The position numbers and the translations under genes were made by a program. A stretch of 64,000 bases of DNA, taken from Selaginella moellendorffii. Taxonomy: Eukaryota; Plantae; Lycopodiophyta. Below are positions 29,848 to 42,755 of this stretch, in pieces. The stretch spans positions 124,001 through 188,000 of the forward strand of contig NW_003314400.1 of assembly GCF_000143415.4 (NCBI RefSeq), written 5' to 3'. Numbering within the stretch: position 1 is the first letter of the stretch; the number at the start of each line of letters is the position of its first letter. Under the pieces are notes generated by a model. The model worked only from the letters and a program-made list of their open reading frames with translations. It was not told where the DNA came from and ran no database searches.

Positions 29848-31638
29848 ATGGAAAACATAGTGGCCAGCATCCGATCTTGCACAGCGTCGAGGGATCTGGA
29901 GCAGGCCCGGAGCATCCACGCCCGGGTTCTGGAGGGCGAGCATCGAGACAACACCCTCCTCGCCAACTTGCTCATGAAAATGTATGGCAGGTGCGGATGC
30001 CCGGGCGAGGCACGGAAGATCTTCGACGCCACGCTCCATCCCAACGCCTACTCGTGGAGCATCCTCATCGCTGCGTATGCTTTCAATGGCCAGCTTGATC
30101 TCGCCCGCCAAGTTCTGGAATCAATGCGAGAGCCCGACGTCGTCTCGTGGACAGCGCTTCTCACAGGCTATGCCCAGAACGGGGATCTGGACTCAGCGCA
30201 AACAATCTTCGATTCCATGCCTGTGAGAAACGTTGTTTCCTGGACGGCGATGATCACCGGCTATGCCCAGCTCGGCCAGTTTCTAAAAGCCGAGCTCTTG
30301 TTCAAGGCCATGCCGGAGAGGAACATAGTGTCTTGGACAGCTATGGTGTCTGCATATGCCCAGAACAGGCATTTGCAAGAAGCTCGCGCCTTGTTCGATT
30401 CTATGCCCGAGAAGAACGTCGTCACGTACAACGCGATGATCCAAGCGTACGCCGATGCCAGAGAGATCGACGAGGCGAGAGCTTTGTTCGATCGAATGCC
30501 CTCGAGGAACGTAGCGTCGTGGAATGTGATGCTCAAGACTTATGCCGAGGCTGGGCTTGTGGACAAGACGGAGAACTTGTTCCGGGACATGCCCGAGAAG
30601 GACACCGTCTCGTGGAACATCGTGATCCAATCCTACTTCTCCAGCACCAAGATCGAAAAGGCGAGGCAGGCCTTCGCAGAGATGCCTCGCCCGGACGTCG
30701 TGACTTCCAACATCATGATCGCGGGCTTCGTCCAGAACGGGCATCTGGAAGACGCGAGGAGGATCTTCGACGGGAGGAGCTCGCAGCTCGACATCGTCTC
30801 CTGGAACACGATCATCTCGGCGTACGCGCAGCGGGGAGACTTCGCAGTGGCGCAGGAGCTCTTCGATTCCATGACGCACCGAACGAAGATCACTTGGAAC
30901 GCTCTCTTCTCGGCATACGCCCAGCACCGCCGTCTGGAGGAGGCCAAGCTTCTCTTCGATCGAATGCCGCACGAGAGAAGCACGGAGATTTGGAACGCGC
31001 TGGCGGCGGCCTACGTCCACGACTCGCGATTCAACGAGGCCAAGCGATTGTTTGACGAGATGCCCGAAAGAGATGTCTTCTCCTGGACGGGGATGGTGGC
31101 GGCCTACACCACGAGCGGGAACTTGGATCTTGCCAGGAGGATGTTCGACAGCATGCCCGACAAAGATCTTGTCGCCTGGAACTCGATGATTGCAGCGCAC
31201 TGTCGTGTCGGGAATGTGGACGACGTGCTGCGCCTGTACACCGGTCTGCTGCTGGCCGGCACTGTCCCCGACGAGGTGACATTCACGACCGTGCTGGGAG
31301 CTTCCAGTCACGCGGGGCTCCTGCGCGAGGGACTGGCTTACTTCGTCTCGATGACGCTCGATCACCGGATCATGCCTTTGCAGCGCCACTACCGCTGCGT
31401 GATCGATCTTCTCGGGAGGTCCGGGCTGCTGCTGGATGCCGAGCAGTTGCTCAAAGGCCTGCCTTACAACTTCGCGGCGGATGACATCGCTGGAGCGGCG
31501 TTCCTGGGAGCTTGCAAGACGCACAGAGACGTCGATCGTGGAGCTCAAGTTGCGAGAGAAGTGATAGATATGGATGCCAAGGATGACACTCCATATGTGC
31601 TTCTCTCCAGCATCTACTCCGGACGAAGAGCTGTGTAG
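29848..31638 (+). CDS. PLS-class PPR-E protein (596 aa)
   Basis: Intronless short-PPR array ending HYRCVIDLLGRSG...GACKTH...PYVLLSSIY. Confidence 0.93.
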   Translation: MENIVASIRSCTASRDLEQARSIHARVLEGEHRDNTLLANLLMKMYGRCGCPGEARKIFDATLHPNAYSWSILIAAYAFNGQLDLARQVLESMREPDVVSWTALLTGYAQNGDLDSAQTIFDSMPVRNVVSWTAMITGYAQLGQFLKAELLFKAMPERNIVSWTAMVSAYAQNRHLQEARALFDSMPEKNVVTYNAMIQAYADAREIDEARALFDRMPSRNVASWNVMLKTYAEAGLVDKTENLFRDMPEKDTVSWNIVIQSYFSSTKIEKARQAFAEMPRPDVVTSNIMIAGFVQNGHLEDARRIFDGRSSQLDIVSWNTIISAYAQRGDFAVAQELFDSMTHRTKITWNALFSAYAQHRRLEEAKLLFDRMPHERSTEIWNALAAAYVHDSRFNEAKRLFDEMPERDVFSWTGMVAAYTTSGNLDLARRMFDSMPDKDLVAWNSMIAAHCRVGNVDDVLRLYTGLLLAGTVPDEVTFTTVLGASSHAGLLREGLAYFVSMTLDHRIMPLQRHYRCVIDLLGRSGLLLDAEQLLKGLPYNFAADDIAGAAFLGACKTHRDVDRGAQVAREVIDMDAKDDTPYVLLSSIYSGRRAV

Positions 31639-31760
31639 AAAGATAGTCAGTGGATTGAACATCGATCAATCGGAAAAAGCTTGTACCGGGATGACAACAA
31701 AAGCCTGTAAATGTGAGAAAGAAATAGACATCGATACGTGTGTCACGCTACCTAGCGTCG

Positions 31761-34700
31761 TCATGACTCGGACGTTGTCGTAACTGGCCCATTCCTCTGC
31801 TCCGGAGAGATATCCATCTCGAACACCAAAACTTCATCCGAGACGGGCCGAAGATCCTGTGTTCCACCGTCAAACTGACTGCTCTCGCCGTTTTCCTTGC
31901 GTTCGAGACTGTCCAAGTCTACCGCTTCGAGGTCTGATGTAATGCCGACCAGCGTCTGTCTGTCTTCTTCGTCCTCCTCCCTGTCTCGCTTGGGCCGTGG
32001 ACCTTCTCGTTCCAGATGCTGGACTTGGTTGGAAGATGTAGCCGTGTCAACCAGGTCCTCGTCCTCACCAAGAACTACTTCGCCATCGCTGCCGCTGCTG
32101 CTACTGCTGCTGCCGCTATCTGCTAAGGAAAAATGTATGTTTTGTCCATCTTCAGTCACGTCTGGATTCGTTTCAAGATCGTCTTGAAACGGAAACCATG
32201 GTGAGTCCGACCCAAAGAGGCGACCACTGTAAGCAGTACATGTCAACTCAATGGCTACGAAAAACTAAGCTCGTTTTACTAACCTCTCCTGCTCGTCGCA
32301 AAGGCGAGCAGACTTGATAATCACCTCGGAAGAGTCCTCTTCAAAGAAGGCATCCTGCAAAAGAAAAGAAAAGTGTAAGTGCCGAGGAAGAACAATGACT
32401 AGAAATACCTCTTCCGTGTCGTCGTTATCAAACATGTTGTATCTGAAAACTTTTCTAGTCAAGTTACCAGCCAGCGCAGATATACCATAATCACGATCAC
32501 AAAGGTCATCTTCATCACTATCCAAGGGTCTGTTGTGGTTTGATATCGGCCGCCTGCAGACAAGCAAGTTAAACCATCACATCAACATGATGTACCATTT
32601 CAACACAACATAACTCACCCACATGACCATTGGTACACATTTTCTACCGTATTTCGCTCCTGAAGCACCGTGGACTTCCATTTGAGCCAGCTCCAATTAT
32701 CCTGAAGATGGATAGCTTAGATCAATGTGTTACGTGGATCAACAATCAAACACCTGTAAGTATCTCTGGACTTGCTCGTTTTCAGATTGTGTCAAGCTGT
32801 TGGCAATCCTCGTTAGATGTCCAATGTTCCCGACTCTTGGAGGTTGCTTCCTTTCTGACCTTGACTGCACAGATAATGCAAGCCATTAACGAAGATCACA
32901 AAAGTTTAGCAAGCTTACTTCTCGCTGCTGGTCGTGCAGCGTATTCGAAACGTATGGGTCTTTGTCCACTTCAAGCAGCCTTCCTACGAGGTTGCAATCT
33001 CGAAACAAGTTATCGACGACAGTAGAGCTCCCATAATTAATACATGTGAGTAGTACGGTCTCCACATGATGATGCAACATGTTATTAAAGGGATAGCTGC
33101 ACAAAAGACACCCTGCAAAATTAGAAATTGTCAAGCCGTATGCCTCTGCTCTATTGCATTTACGGTTCTCAAAAATTGCATCAAGAAAAATTCATACGTA
33201 CTCGAAGAACAGGTTTAGCAGTCTCTGTAATGCCTTGTGCTGAACCAGAACTTCTCCAACTCTGTCGGGATCTGCTCTTAAGAGAGCGGCAGTGAACTCC
33301 ACAATCTGCAAACCGGAAACAGTCAAGACAAATAAATAGTAAATAACACCCTCGCCTTTAGACGATGGGTACCGAATGGCGGCCTTAATATCCCATAAGT
33401 AGTCGGTAGTGACGCTTCGTCCTTAGAAACATCCAACACTTTTAGCATTTCACCTGCACAACACTGAAATAGGTGATAGTCCGAGGACAGTCCACTAAAC
33501 GTACCTAAGGTCTGAAGCATCTCATCTAAAGTCTCTGGGACAACAGTAGACGGCTGCCCCTTCGGTTCCAACAAAGAGATACACACAGACAACGAGTGCA
33601 CGAGAATTGCCTTCGAGTTTACGTTTTCCAAGGCCCGAGTGAAAAGCTTTGTCACAAATCTTGAAAAAGCAGAGTCTTAGAAGTGCGTTACTAGATTAAA
33701 ACCGAGACCATTTACCTCGGACTAGAGAGTTTCAAGGCGAGAGCAGACTGAGGCAATCGCATTACTGTGCACAAAGTGTTCGCAGCATTTGCATGGACTT
33801 CAGACTTCTTCTCCTGTATTGAAACACGACCTCAGCATTTGAAAAAACGTTTAAAAGGCAGGACTACTTACGGAAGAGCTGAGCTTGTCCACTAACATAT
33901 CAATCAACTCGGTTTCTGCTAGCCATTGGACAGCCTCTGAGTGGTATGTGTAGATTTGGTTATTGGCGCCAACGAGGCGCATCAGAACCTACAGGCCTAG
34001 ACTTCTCAACGACAACGTCTCAACGGAGCTGATTTTACCTCCATGATTGAAGTTAATCCAATGTGATCCACCATTTGCTGCAAAACTTCTGTATGATTCT
34101 GAAAACCAATGCTGCTCAGTTCACGAAAGAGTGGAGCGAGATGATTATAGTCAAATACCTGTATATAATGCATAAGTTCCTCCGTCTTTCTAACAAGCAG
34201 ACCGATAACAATCTAAGATCAAATAAAAACAGTCAAGGATGACAAATTCAGCTTTGAACGTCAACACTTACCCTGGAAAAGTTTCCAGCTTGTTGATCAT
34301 CTCGATCATAGTCAGGAACCAGAAAAGAAAAGAGAGACTCCATCAGCTGCGCACAAAACAAAACAGTTCCAGACAAAAGAATTGTTTCCTGGAAGAAGGA
34401 AAATATAAACTAGAAGAACCTCTTCATCACAGGCCAGCGTTGTCAAGATGTCGTCCACTTCCGAGCTCAGTATCGCACTCGATACAAAAGAGTACCTGGG
34501 CGAGAGAGAGCGTGTGACAAGACAGACAAAACGCGAAACTCTATTCTTACTTGTAAGATTTCTCGTCGTCGTGAACTGGCACTACGATGGCGTACGAGAT
34601 CATTTTCTTCATCCGATCCTTGTTCTGGAGGCTACACACACGCACAAACAAACAATGGTCACTCGCTCACTCCACCACAAGAAAAGAAAAAATCGAAACG

Positions 34701-34905
34701 AGAATCGAAGAAAGAGAGCTCACAATTTCATGAGATCTTGGTTGCGGTAGCAGCTCTGGAGCACATCATCCTCGTTGAGAATCTCCTCGAGAGTGCACTC
34801 TTCGCTTTCGAGCATGTTTGGCAGCTGATAGGAGGAATAGGAAGCTTAGCGCAAGGGAATGCAAGAAGGAACACCTACATTCGAGCCCCAGAAGGAGCCG
34901 GCCAT
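31761..34905 (-). CDS. SIT4 phosphatase-associated (SAPS) family / PP6 regulatory subunit, multi-exon
   Basis: Start MAGSFWG; exons CTLEEILNEDDVLQ, LVHSLSVCISLL, TTYGILRPPFGTHRLK, YPFNNMLHHHVE; acidic C-terminus; many short GT-AG introns. Exact exon boundaries are not all resolved. Confidence 0.85.
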
Positions 34906-35183
34906 GGCGCGGACGAGATTCTAGCTCCCAATCATCGACGAGCCTCTTCCCGGGACAAAACCCTAGCTAGATCCCACCTCAAAATGCGCGCCTCGATCGT
35001 GACAAGAAGAGGATGAGCAAGCCCGGAAGATATACTACCGCGCTGGAGCGTGGATTGGAAGCAAGAAAGGCGGCCTTGGGCCGAAAAGGAAGAAAGCTTT
35101 GGAACTAGGCCTAAGAAGAGAAATTTTCGTTTAGGGTTCTTCGCTAGGAACTAGGTAGGAAGGAAATATTCTCGTTCTCGACA

Positions 35184-35828
35184 ATGCAGCGCGTCCACGA
35201 TCTCGACAGCAAGATCTCGCTCTGGATTCACCAGGCCGGCGCCAGGATCCCTCGATTCGTGCTGCGCTTGCTGGAATTCTCCGGCGATGGCGTCTTCTGG
35301 ATCGTGGCAATCGCGGCGCTGGCTTGCGCGGCTCCATCCTCGCCCCAGCTCCAGCTCCTGGTGCCCGACCTGATGCTGGGATTCGTGCTGGATGTGCTGC
35401 TGGTGGCGTCGATCAAGACGATCGTGCGCCGCCCTCGTCCAATCTACAACAAAGGCATGTATGTGATTTCTTCCGTGGATCACTGGTCGTTTCCCAGCGG
35501 CCATTCCTCGCGAGCGCTCTTCATGGCGTCCTTCTTTTGGCTCAAGGCCGCGAGCTCCATTTCTTCTTCTTCTTCTTCTTCTTTGCCGCCATCGCCACCG
35601 TGGGCGAGCTTGCTCGAGTTCGTCGTCACGGTGGAATTCTTGGCTCTCTCCTGGGCTGTGGCCACCGCCATCTCTCGAGTTCTCTTGGGGAGACACTACG
35701 TGATGGATGTGTTCGTTGGCTCGATCCTGGGAGTTTTGGAGGCGGCGGTGGTGGACAAGTTCTCTCACGCCACGCTGCATCAAGCTTTGAGGGAGAAGCT
35801 CTCGGCCACCACCATCGCTTGGAGGTAG
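35184..35828 (+). CDS. PAP2-superfamily lipid phosphate phosphatase (LPP-beta-like), 214 aa
   Basis: Motifs KTIVRRPRP, SFPSGH and SRVLLGRHYVMDV, with hydrophobic TM segments. Confidence 0.92.
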   Translation: MQRVHDLDSKISLWIHQAGARIPRFVLRLLEFSGDGVFWIVAIAALACAAPSSPQLQLLVPDLMLGFVLDVLLVASIKTIVRRPRPIYNKGMYVISSVDHWSFPSGHSSRALFMASFFWLKAASSISSSSSSSLPPSPPWASLLEFVVTVEFLALSWAVATAISRVLLGRHYVMDVFVGSILGVLEAAVVDKFSHATLHQALREKLSATTIAWR

Positions 35829-35949
35829 CGAGAATCTCTACCTCTTCTATAGCTCGCTAGTTTCAGAGCATTGAATGAAAGCTTGATACCCTGGAAAAAC
35901 TTTCCAAGGTTTACATGGCATTCTTGGAACGGCCGCCTTATAAACATAC

Positions 35950-36090
35950 CTATAATAGGGCGGCGGTGGTGAAGGTGGTGGCCGTGACGGTGGTGAAGGT
36001 GGTGGCGGTGATGGTGGCGGAGGTGGTGATGGTTGGAGATGTGGTGGTGATGGTGACGAGGCAGTGATGGTGACAAGGGTGGTGCAGCCA
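35950..36090 (-). repeat. Ser-Pro(n) extensin-like repeat fragment
   Basis: The minus strand reads ..PSPPPPPSPPPPSPPSRPPPSPPPPY. Confidence 0.5.
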
Positions 36091-36437
36091 GCCTGACAAG
36101 TTCTACTGTTCTACCTGGTTGGGTGGCACAAACAAGACCACAAACAAGATGAGTGTTCATTTTATAGGTTATAGAAAAATAGAAAAATTGATATAAAGGT
36201 AATAGAGCATACGTTAAATTGATATAAAAGTCATCTTTAGGCTGAGACTTTTACGCACGAGTTTCTTGCGAGCGAGTCTTGTTCACAGATAGGGAGAGAG
36301 TTTGGTTGGGGTGGCACATCTGTTGAAAAAAAATATATTGCAGGTGTCCTCAGATTGCTCAACCAGAATAAAAAATCATGCGCGAGACCATGAGATGGCC
36401 ACGAGGCAGCAGTATATACTTAGTGGCGCTTGCGCAG

Positions 36438-36443
<6 letters not shown>

Positions 36444-36472
<29 letters not shown>
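36444..36472. repeat. (GA)n microsatellite
   Basis: Run of GA dinucleotides. Confidence 0.9.
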
Positions 36473-36476
<4 letters not shown>

Positions 36477-36585
36477 AGGCTTTGGAACTAGGAGGTGTTA
36501 GACAAGAGCTTGTAGCAAGCTATCGCTCTAGCGCAATTGCCACAATATAGGTCCCGGCTTGCGCAGCTCTGGTGGATTCTTGAGC

Positions 36586-37290
36586 ATGGTGTCTCGCCCT
36601 AGCACTCTGCTCATCCTCTTGTGTGTGGGCTTCCTTCTCTTCCCGATTTTCCAGAGTGTCAATGGAGCTCTAGAACTCACAGCCATAGACTGCGCACTCA
36701 ACGAGCAACGCTCCTGTGCGTTCCCAACAGGTTTGGTTCTCTGGCAATGCTGGGCAAGGATTAGCTACTGGGGAGNNNNNNNNNNNNNNNNNNNNNNNNN
36801 NNNNNNNNNNNNNNNNNNNNNNNNNNNNNNNNNNNNNNNNNNNNNNNNNNNNNNNNNNNNNNNNNNNNNNNNNNNNNNNNNNNNNNNNNNNNNNNNNNNN
36901 NNNNNNNNNNNNNNNNNNNNNNNNNNNNNNNNNNNNNNNNNNNNNNNNNNNNNNNNNNNNNNNNNNNNNNNNNNNNNNNNNNNNNNNNNNNNNNNNNNNN
37001 NNNNNNNNNNNNNNNNNNNNNNNNNNNNNNNNNNNNNNNNNNNNNNNNNNNNNNNNNNNNNNNNNNNNNNNNNNNNNNNNNNNNNNNNNNNNNNNNNNNN
37101 NNNNNNNNCTTCCCCTCCGCCACCATCACCGCCTCCTCCTCCTTCTCCACCGCCACCATCACCCCCGCCACCGTCGCCTCCGCCGCCATCTCCACCTCCT
37201 CCTCCTTCTCCACCGCCACCATCACCCCCGCCACCGTCGCCTCCGCCGCCATCTCCACCGCCTCCGCCTTCATCGCATTCCCGTCGTGTC
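36586..37290 (+). CDS. Putative secreted extensin-like / proline-rich protein (interrupted by assembly gap)
   Basis: Signal peptide MVSRPSTLLILLCVGFLLFPIFQSVNG before the gap and SPPPP repeats after it. Continuity across the N-run cannot be verified. Confidence 0.5.
36776..37108. other. Assembly gap (333 N)
   Basis: N run adjacent to SPPPP-coding repeats. Confidence 1.
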
Positions 37291-37418
37291 TCCATTTCTA
37301 TGATTGCAGTGACTATTATAACATCTCTCTGTTATTAGATGGCTCATTGGAGCTCCAATTTGTATAGCTGAGAGGTTTCCGTTTCGAGTTGTGAGTCTTT
37401 CATTTGGAATGGAAATTT

Positions 37419-38822
37419 ATGCACAAGGCCACAGTGAATGCCCTCGCGAGGCTCGTCCAATCTTGCAAGAACTTGGAGGAGGGCCGATGCCTCCACGCCG
37501 GGATGAAGCGCACTGATTTCTCCCGCGACTCTTACCTCAACAATCTCTTGATCGCGATGTATGGCCGCCATGGCAGCCCCGCGGACGCTCGCGACGTCTT
37601 CGACAAGCTTGGAGCTTCTGCCACTATCTTCAGCTGGAACTTGCTCATCACAGCCTTCGTTTCCAGCGCAAAGACCCAAGATGCCGCGGCTGCTTTCTCG
37701 CGGATGCCACAGCACGACGTTGTCTCGTGGAATGCGGTTCTCTCGGCTTACACCCGATCGGGAAGAACCCCAATGGCTCGCCAACTTTTCGATTCCATGC
37801 CCCAGAGGAGCGTTGTGTCGTGGACAACGATGATCACAGCATATACCGAGTCTAGGCATCTTGCCAATGCAAAGGGTTCCTTCTACAAGATGCCTCAGCA
37901 TAACAAGGTTACGTTTTGCGTAATGTTGCAAGCTCTCACGCAACACGCTGGGTCTAGTCAAGCTAAAGTCTTGTTTGATCGCATGCAAGAACGAGATAAT
38001 ACAATCTGGAACACCGTTCTCAACGCATATGCCTTGGAAGAAAGCCTTGAGCTTGCGGAAGAGATCCTTGCAAAGATGCCTCTACAGTGTAAGTTTTCAT
38101 GGACAATTATGCTCTTGGCATATGCCCGAGCCAGCTTACTCGACAAAGCGAAACAACTGTTTGATGTCATGGCCGAGAGAGACGTGGTTTCATGGAACGC
38201 AGTGATCCAGGCAAGTGCCGAGACTGGGCTTCTGGAGAAAGTTGCGATACTCTTTGATCGGGTGCCGCAATGCAACATGTCGTCATGCAACTCGACGCTC
38301 GTAGCTTACGTCCAGTGCGGATATCTTGATCAAGCACACAAACTCTTCGCGAGGATCCCTGATAGAGATTTAGCGTCCTGGAGCATCATGATCCTCGGGT
38401 GTGCTGGAAACCGGCAGGAGCGACTGGCACTGGAGCACTTCGGCGAGATGCTGCTTGAGGGGATCAAGTGCGACGAGATCACGATGCTGGGGGTCTTGTC
38501 AGCGTGCAATCACTTGGGTCTAATCCAGGAAGGAGTGAGCTACTTTGTGATGATGGTGGCAGAGCTCGGGATTGATCCGTTCGTGGAGCACTTCAGCAGC
38601 CTAGTGGATCTTCTCGCGAGAGTCGGGCAGCTGAGAGAAGCTCACGACTTGCTGAGAAACATGCCGTTCGTGCCGGACCCAGCGGCGTGCTGCTCCATGC
38701 TGGGCGCTTGCAGGACTCACGGCGATGTGGAGCTGGGAGCTTACACGGCTGCAAACGAGGAGTTTGGGATCGAGCCACACCATCCATCGCCATATCTCTT
38801 GCTCTCGAGCATGAAGCACTGA
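37419..38822 (+). CDS. PLS-class PPR-E protein (467 aa from first ATG)
   Basis: PPR repeats followed by HFSSLVDLLARVGQL...MPFVPD...GACRTH...PYLLLSS. Confidence 0.9.
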   Translation: MHKATVNALARLVQSCKNLEEGRCLHAGMKRTDFSRDSYLNNLLIAMYGRHGSPADARDVFDKLGASATIFSWNLLITAFVSSAKTQDAAAAFSRMPQHDVVSWNAVLSAYTRSGRTPMARQLFDSMPQRSVVSWTTMITAYTESRHLANAKGSFYKMPQHNKVTFCVMLQALTQHAGSSQAKVLFDRMQERDNTIWNTVLNAYALEESLELAEEILAKMPLQCKFSWTIMLLAYARASLLDKAKQLFDVMAERDVVSWNAVIQASAETGLLEKVAILFDRVPQCNMSSCNSTLVAYVQCGYLDQAHKLFARIPDRDLASWSIMILGCAGNRQERLALEHFGEMLLEGIKCDEITMLGVLSACNHLGLIQEGVSYFVMMVAELGIDPFVEHFSSLVDLLARVGQLREAHDLLRNMPFVPDPAACCSMLGACRTHGDVELGAYTAANEEFGIEPHHPSPYLLLSSMKH

Positions 38823-40128
38823 GATAGATTCCACAAGCTTAGTAACTGGGATAACAAATTTAGTACCTTAAACGTAAGAAAATCGAAGCTCTTGGCTCCA
38901 GGGAAAAATGCAACATCATACAAGTCTGCCAACTTTTGGAAGTGAAGCCTGGCTCCAAGTACGAGTGGAAGTATTACACGGCAAAAGAAGAGTTCTCACC
39001 TGTACAACTATCTTGTACGAGGTTCTTCTTTGCCATGTATTGTTTTGATGATATTCTGGACTTGGAGAAAGCCAAACCATTCTTCTTCTTTGGTTGAGAA
39101 ATCTAGCTCCATATCCGGGGCAGCTTCTTTAATACACGGCAGTGGCATCGGTGAATGGAAGCGAAGGGGAGCTGTGGATGCAACACAGCAGTGTCGAGAG
39201 CCTTTGTGTCTCTTCTCAAGTGGTGCATACAAGAGAATAATCTACACAAGTTCGTCGCGTGCACGGCTTTGTTTCCGCGAGGCATCCCGGCTGCGCTGAA
39301 GACTAGTTCGTGGGAAACACGATACTACAGGCATATGATCTAGCACATAAGGTGTTTGTGGGCATCTGGAACAAAGATCTATTCTCGTGGCCGTAGCCTT
39401 ACAAAGCATACTTGACAAAATGTTTTACTTAATCTTCTAGAAAACAGTACAAACAAGAAGAAACAGGGCGAGAATGGAAAATCAGTTACTTGCTCCTACT
39501 TTGAGTCTGAAATTGTAGGCACTGCTGCTCCCATGACCTCAGCAGTAACTTTAAAACACAAGAGAAAATAATATTTTTGTTCTTACAGTAGCAATGCTTC
39601 TATTGCAGTTTGGGATCTGCTAAAGGAAATACTGAAATGGTCTGTCAGTCAGTGTCATTGAGCGCACAAACCAACCAAGATATGTGATGAACATTAGATC
39701 TGTTGCTGTGACCAAAAAATCCTTAAAAGCGCCGCACCAGTGCCAGAATTGTGAATATGAAAGCAATGAGTGCTCCAATTCGAGTGCCCTCCTGCACTCA
39801 CAGAGAATAAATCAAAAGCTCTAACTCAAGCTGGAATAGGACATCAGATTCAAAGATATACAATTTCAGACAAGTTTAGCTTTGGAGATATAGAATTGGC
39901 AATTGGATTTACCGGATCATGATCCATTGAAGTTTTTGAACTTATCTTCTGAAACAATTTAGATAGTCACTTACATAGCTTGTCTTTCAATGTGACAATT
40001 GACATGCTTGCCAAGATCCAGGGAGCTTATTTCATGGAAGGGACTCAAAGGTGCCATACTCCTGCGGTAAAATATGCGTGATGAAATTATGAACAGAAAC
40101 CATAGAGACACATACCTCGCACATAAAG

Positions 40129-40958
40129 AAGTCGGACTGGTATCCTCCGAGACCGACAACAAAATATACTACAATGGTTTCCCTTGCATGGCCAAAACTT
40201 TGGGCCAGTGGGCACAGCCAGCACGTGCGGATTCCCACGTTCTTGTCTCCTTTGACAGAATGGTTTCCCTTGCATGGTTCCCGGCCCCGTTGCCACGTTT
40301 TCTGACAGGAATTGAACACCCGACTCCACCAACAGATCAAAGGGAGCGGTTACTACCCAGAGCGGTTACCAGATGTTGAGACTCTCGCCCCTGGAAGCTC
40401 CCACAGCCTAGGTGCCAAGTCTTGCTCGCATCGTCTAGTATCACACACAAGAGAATGAGACTATGTTTCTTCTCGTTTCTATGTACCTGGATCGCGCACA
40501 GTCCCGACCAACCCAGCCAGGATGCATCGTATAAAAGCCGACACCTTTGGATCCATACAAATTTGGCCAGTTTCGGTTATGGCAATCTGAAAATCACGAA
40601 TCTAGTTTAAGCTTCCCAGAAGAACTCATGACCACCTGGAGTCTCTTGCTACGCGCATACTGGACAAGACCAAGACACAGAGTAGAAAGCAAATCTCATA
40701 AGCAGTTAATAAGAAGCAAGTACAAAACTTTTTAGCTGTGTGAGTTGGAAATTACCCCTCTGTACTGGGCCTTATGTACGGATGATGCATCTGGTAACCG
40801 CTCTGGCTAGTAACTGCTCCCTTTGATCCGTTGGTGGAGTCGGGTGTTCAATTCCTGTCAGAAAACGTGGCAACGGGGCCGGGAACCATACAAGGGAAAC
40901 CATTGTAGTATATTTTTGTTGTCAGTCTCAGAGGATAAGTAGGGGTCCAGTCCGACTT
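40129..40958. repeat. Imperfect inverted repeat (arms 40129-40375 and 40788-40958) of a retroelement-derived repeat family
   Basis: 40259-40375 is the reverse complement of 40788-40904 with few mismatches. The same family recurs at ~42630-42960 and ~50850-51735. Confidence 0.8.
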
Positions 40959-41249
40959 TGCTAGGCTCCCAGTCCACCCTTACCATCCCAAAGTGAAAAT
41001 TCTTTTAAATCCAAAAGCAGTCATTGGAAGAGCAAGCACACCTAGAGTGATTGACGATTACGACTGGCAAATAGGACTAAGTGATGAAGAAGAGGAGGCG
41101 CTGCTTAGCAGCGAAGCTGATCTGTACCAAATGACAGTAGAAACTCAGTGCCACTGGAGCCCTGCACACACCGAATTGAGCTACTACCAACAAACCAACC
41201 ATGACGACAGGCACCGTACCACATGAACCCGAGTTTCATGGCGAAGATA

Positions 41250-41760
41250 AAAGAGGAGGTCGATAAATTGCTAAGGTTGGTTTTATCTACCCGATTGAGA
41301 TATCACTAATTGTAGTAGTACCAAAGAAAAACAGCAAGTTGAGGATCTGCGTTAACTACAAGAAGCTCAACAACAACACGGTGAAGGATTTCCATCTGAT
41401 ACCATTTACAGAGGAGATTCTTGATTTAGTCGCCGGACATAAGATGTACAGCTTTTTAGACGGATTCTCCGGGTACAGCCAGGTTCTGGTAGCCCAGCAC
41501 AAGACAGCGTTCATCAGCCCATGGGGAGCTTATGCTTACCGAGTCATGCCATTTGGTTTGTGCAATGCACCATTCACTTTCCAGCGACTGGTATCAGAGA
41601 CATTTTGCGATGGTGCTCCAAAGATATGTACCACCAGAAGAAACGAATATCGTTATCGAAGAAGTGCACGAAGGAACACATGGAGGACACTTTGCAACAC
41701 AAACAACTGGTCAAAAGATCTTGCAGGTGGCCTACACTCTTCCACAACATTGCCGAATAC
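41250..41760 (+). mobile_element. Degenerate Ty3/gypsy pol fragments (RT and integrase zinc-binding region)
   Basis: RICVNYKKLN...YSFLDGFSGYSQ...KTAF...VMPFGLCNAP; EEVHEGTHGGHFA...KILQ. Confidence 0.88.
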
Positions 41761-42755
41761 TGCTAACAATGCGACATTTGTACAAGATATGTACACGCTC
41801 TTATGCAAGTCTTCAAAGCATTGTCTCACATATGATATTTAATATCCTTAGTATTTAAATCATGAAGAAGATGTCCTCATAACAATGTGTTTTTGTTGCC
41901 GGATCCTAGCTCCCTCTTGTGCTTGTGCCTCTCGCCACTCTCAGGATCCACTGTAAGATCATTGGTAAGACGAACAATGAAACCATTTGGAAAAATCATT
42001 GCTATTTTGAAGTCGTAAGAAAATGTAATAGCAACCAAGTCTATTTCGTCTGAAAATTCAGACTCATTCGAAATATCTAAGGCTAATATCGGCTGTTCTG
42101 CCTGAATCTAAAACATAAAGTAAGCGTACAAGTAAAACAACAAGGAAAACAAATTTAACTACCTCTCCAGATGCGAGCATCTTGTGATCTCTCCTCATCA
42201 GTTCAAAAAACCACCCAAACTGTGCCAAATAGTAATCAATGAAGTCTTTGACATTGAAACAAGGTCCCACATCGGGACATATGCAGATCTCATGATCAAG
42301 CAAAGAGCAGATGTTCTAGGCATTTTGAGCTCAATCACTTCCTCGTATGTGACCTGCTTCAACTCTCCCACATACTCATAGCCCTGTGCTTCCAGAATTT
42401 GCACAGATGCATCAATCACGCCTGCTTTGCCATGGACCTGTGATTCAAATACTTATCAATTGAAAAAACGAAGTAATAATTGCTGAGAAGCAATTATTTT
42501 GCAGAACTCCAGACCTTTACTTGCGTTGTTTATTCTGACAGAGTTGCTAACAAAGCAAAATAGCAGTTTTGGAGCAGTTTGGCAGGCTGTGCTGCTGCCC
42601 GAGGCCAGCCACCAGGACAAGAAGCATCACGCACAGCTATTTATACTTAACAGCTCCCATACTGGGCCTTTTGTACGGATGAAGTCATCTGGTAACTGCT
42701 CTGGGTAGTAATTGCTCCTGGGTGTTCAATTCATGAGTAGTTATCTTCTCAAACT

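Noticed and set aside
30283-31662. 459-aa minus-strand ORF and similar antisense ORFs over the RLK and PAP2 genes
   Set aside because: Shadows of GC-rich coding sequence on the opposite strand.
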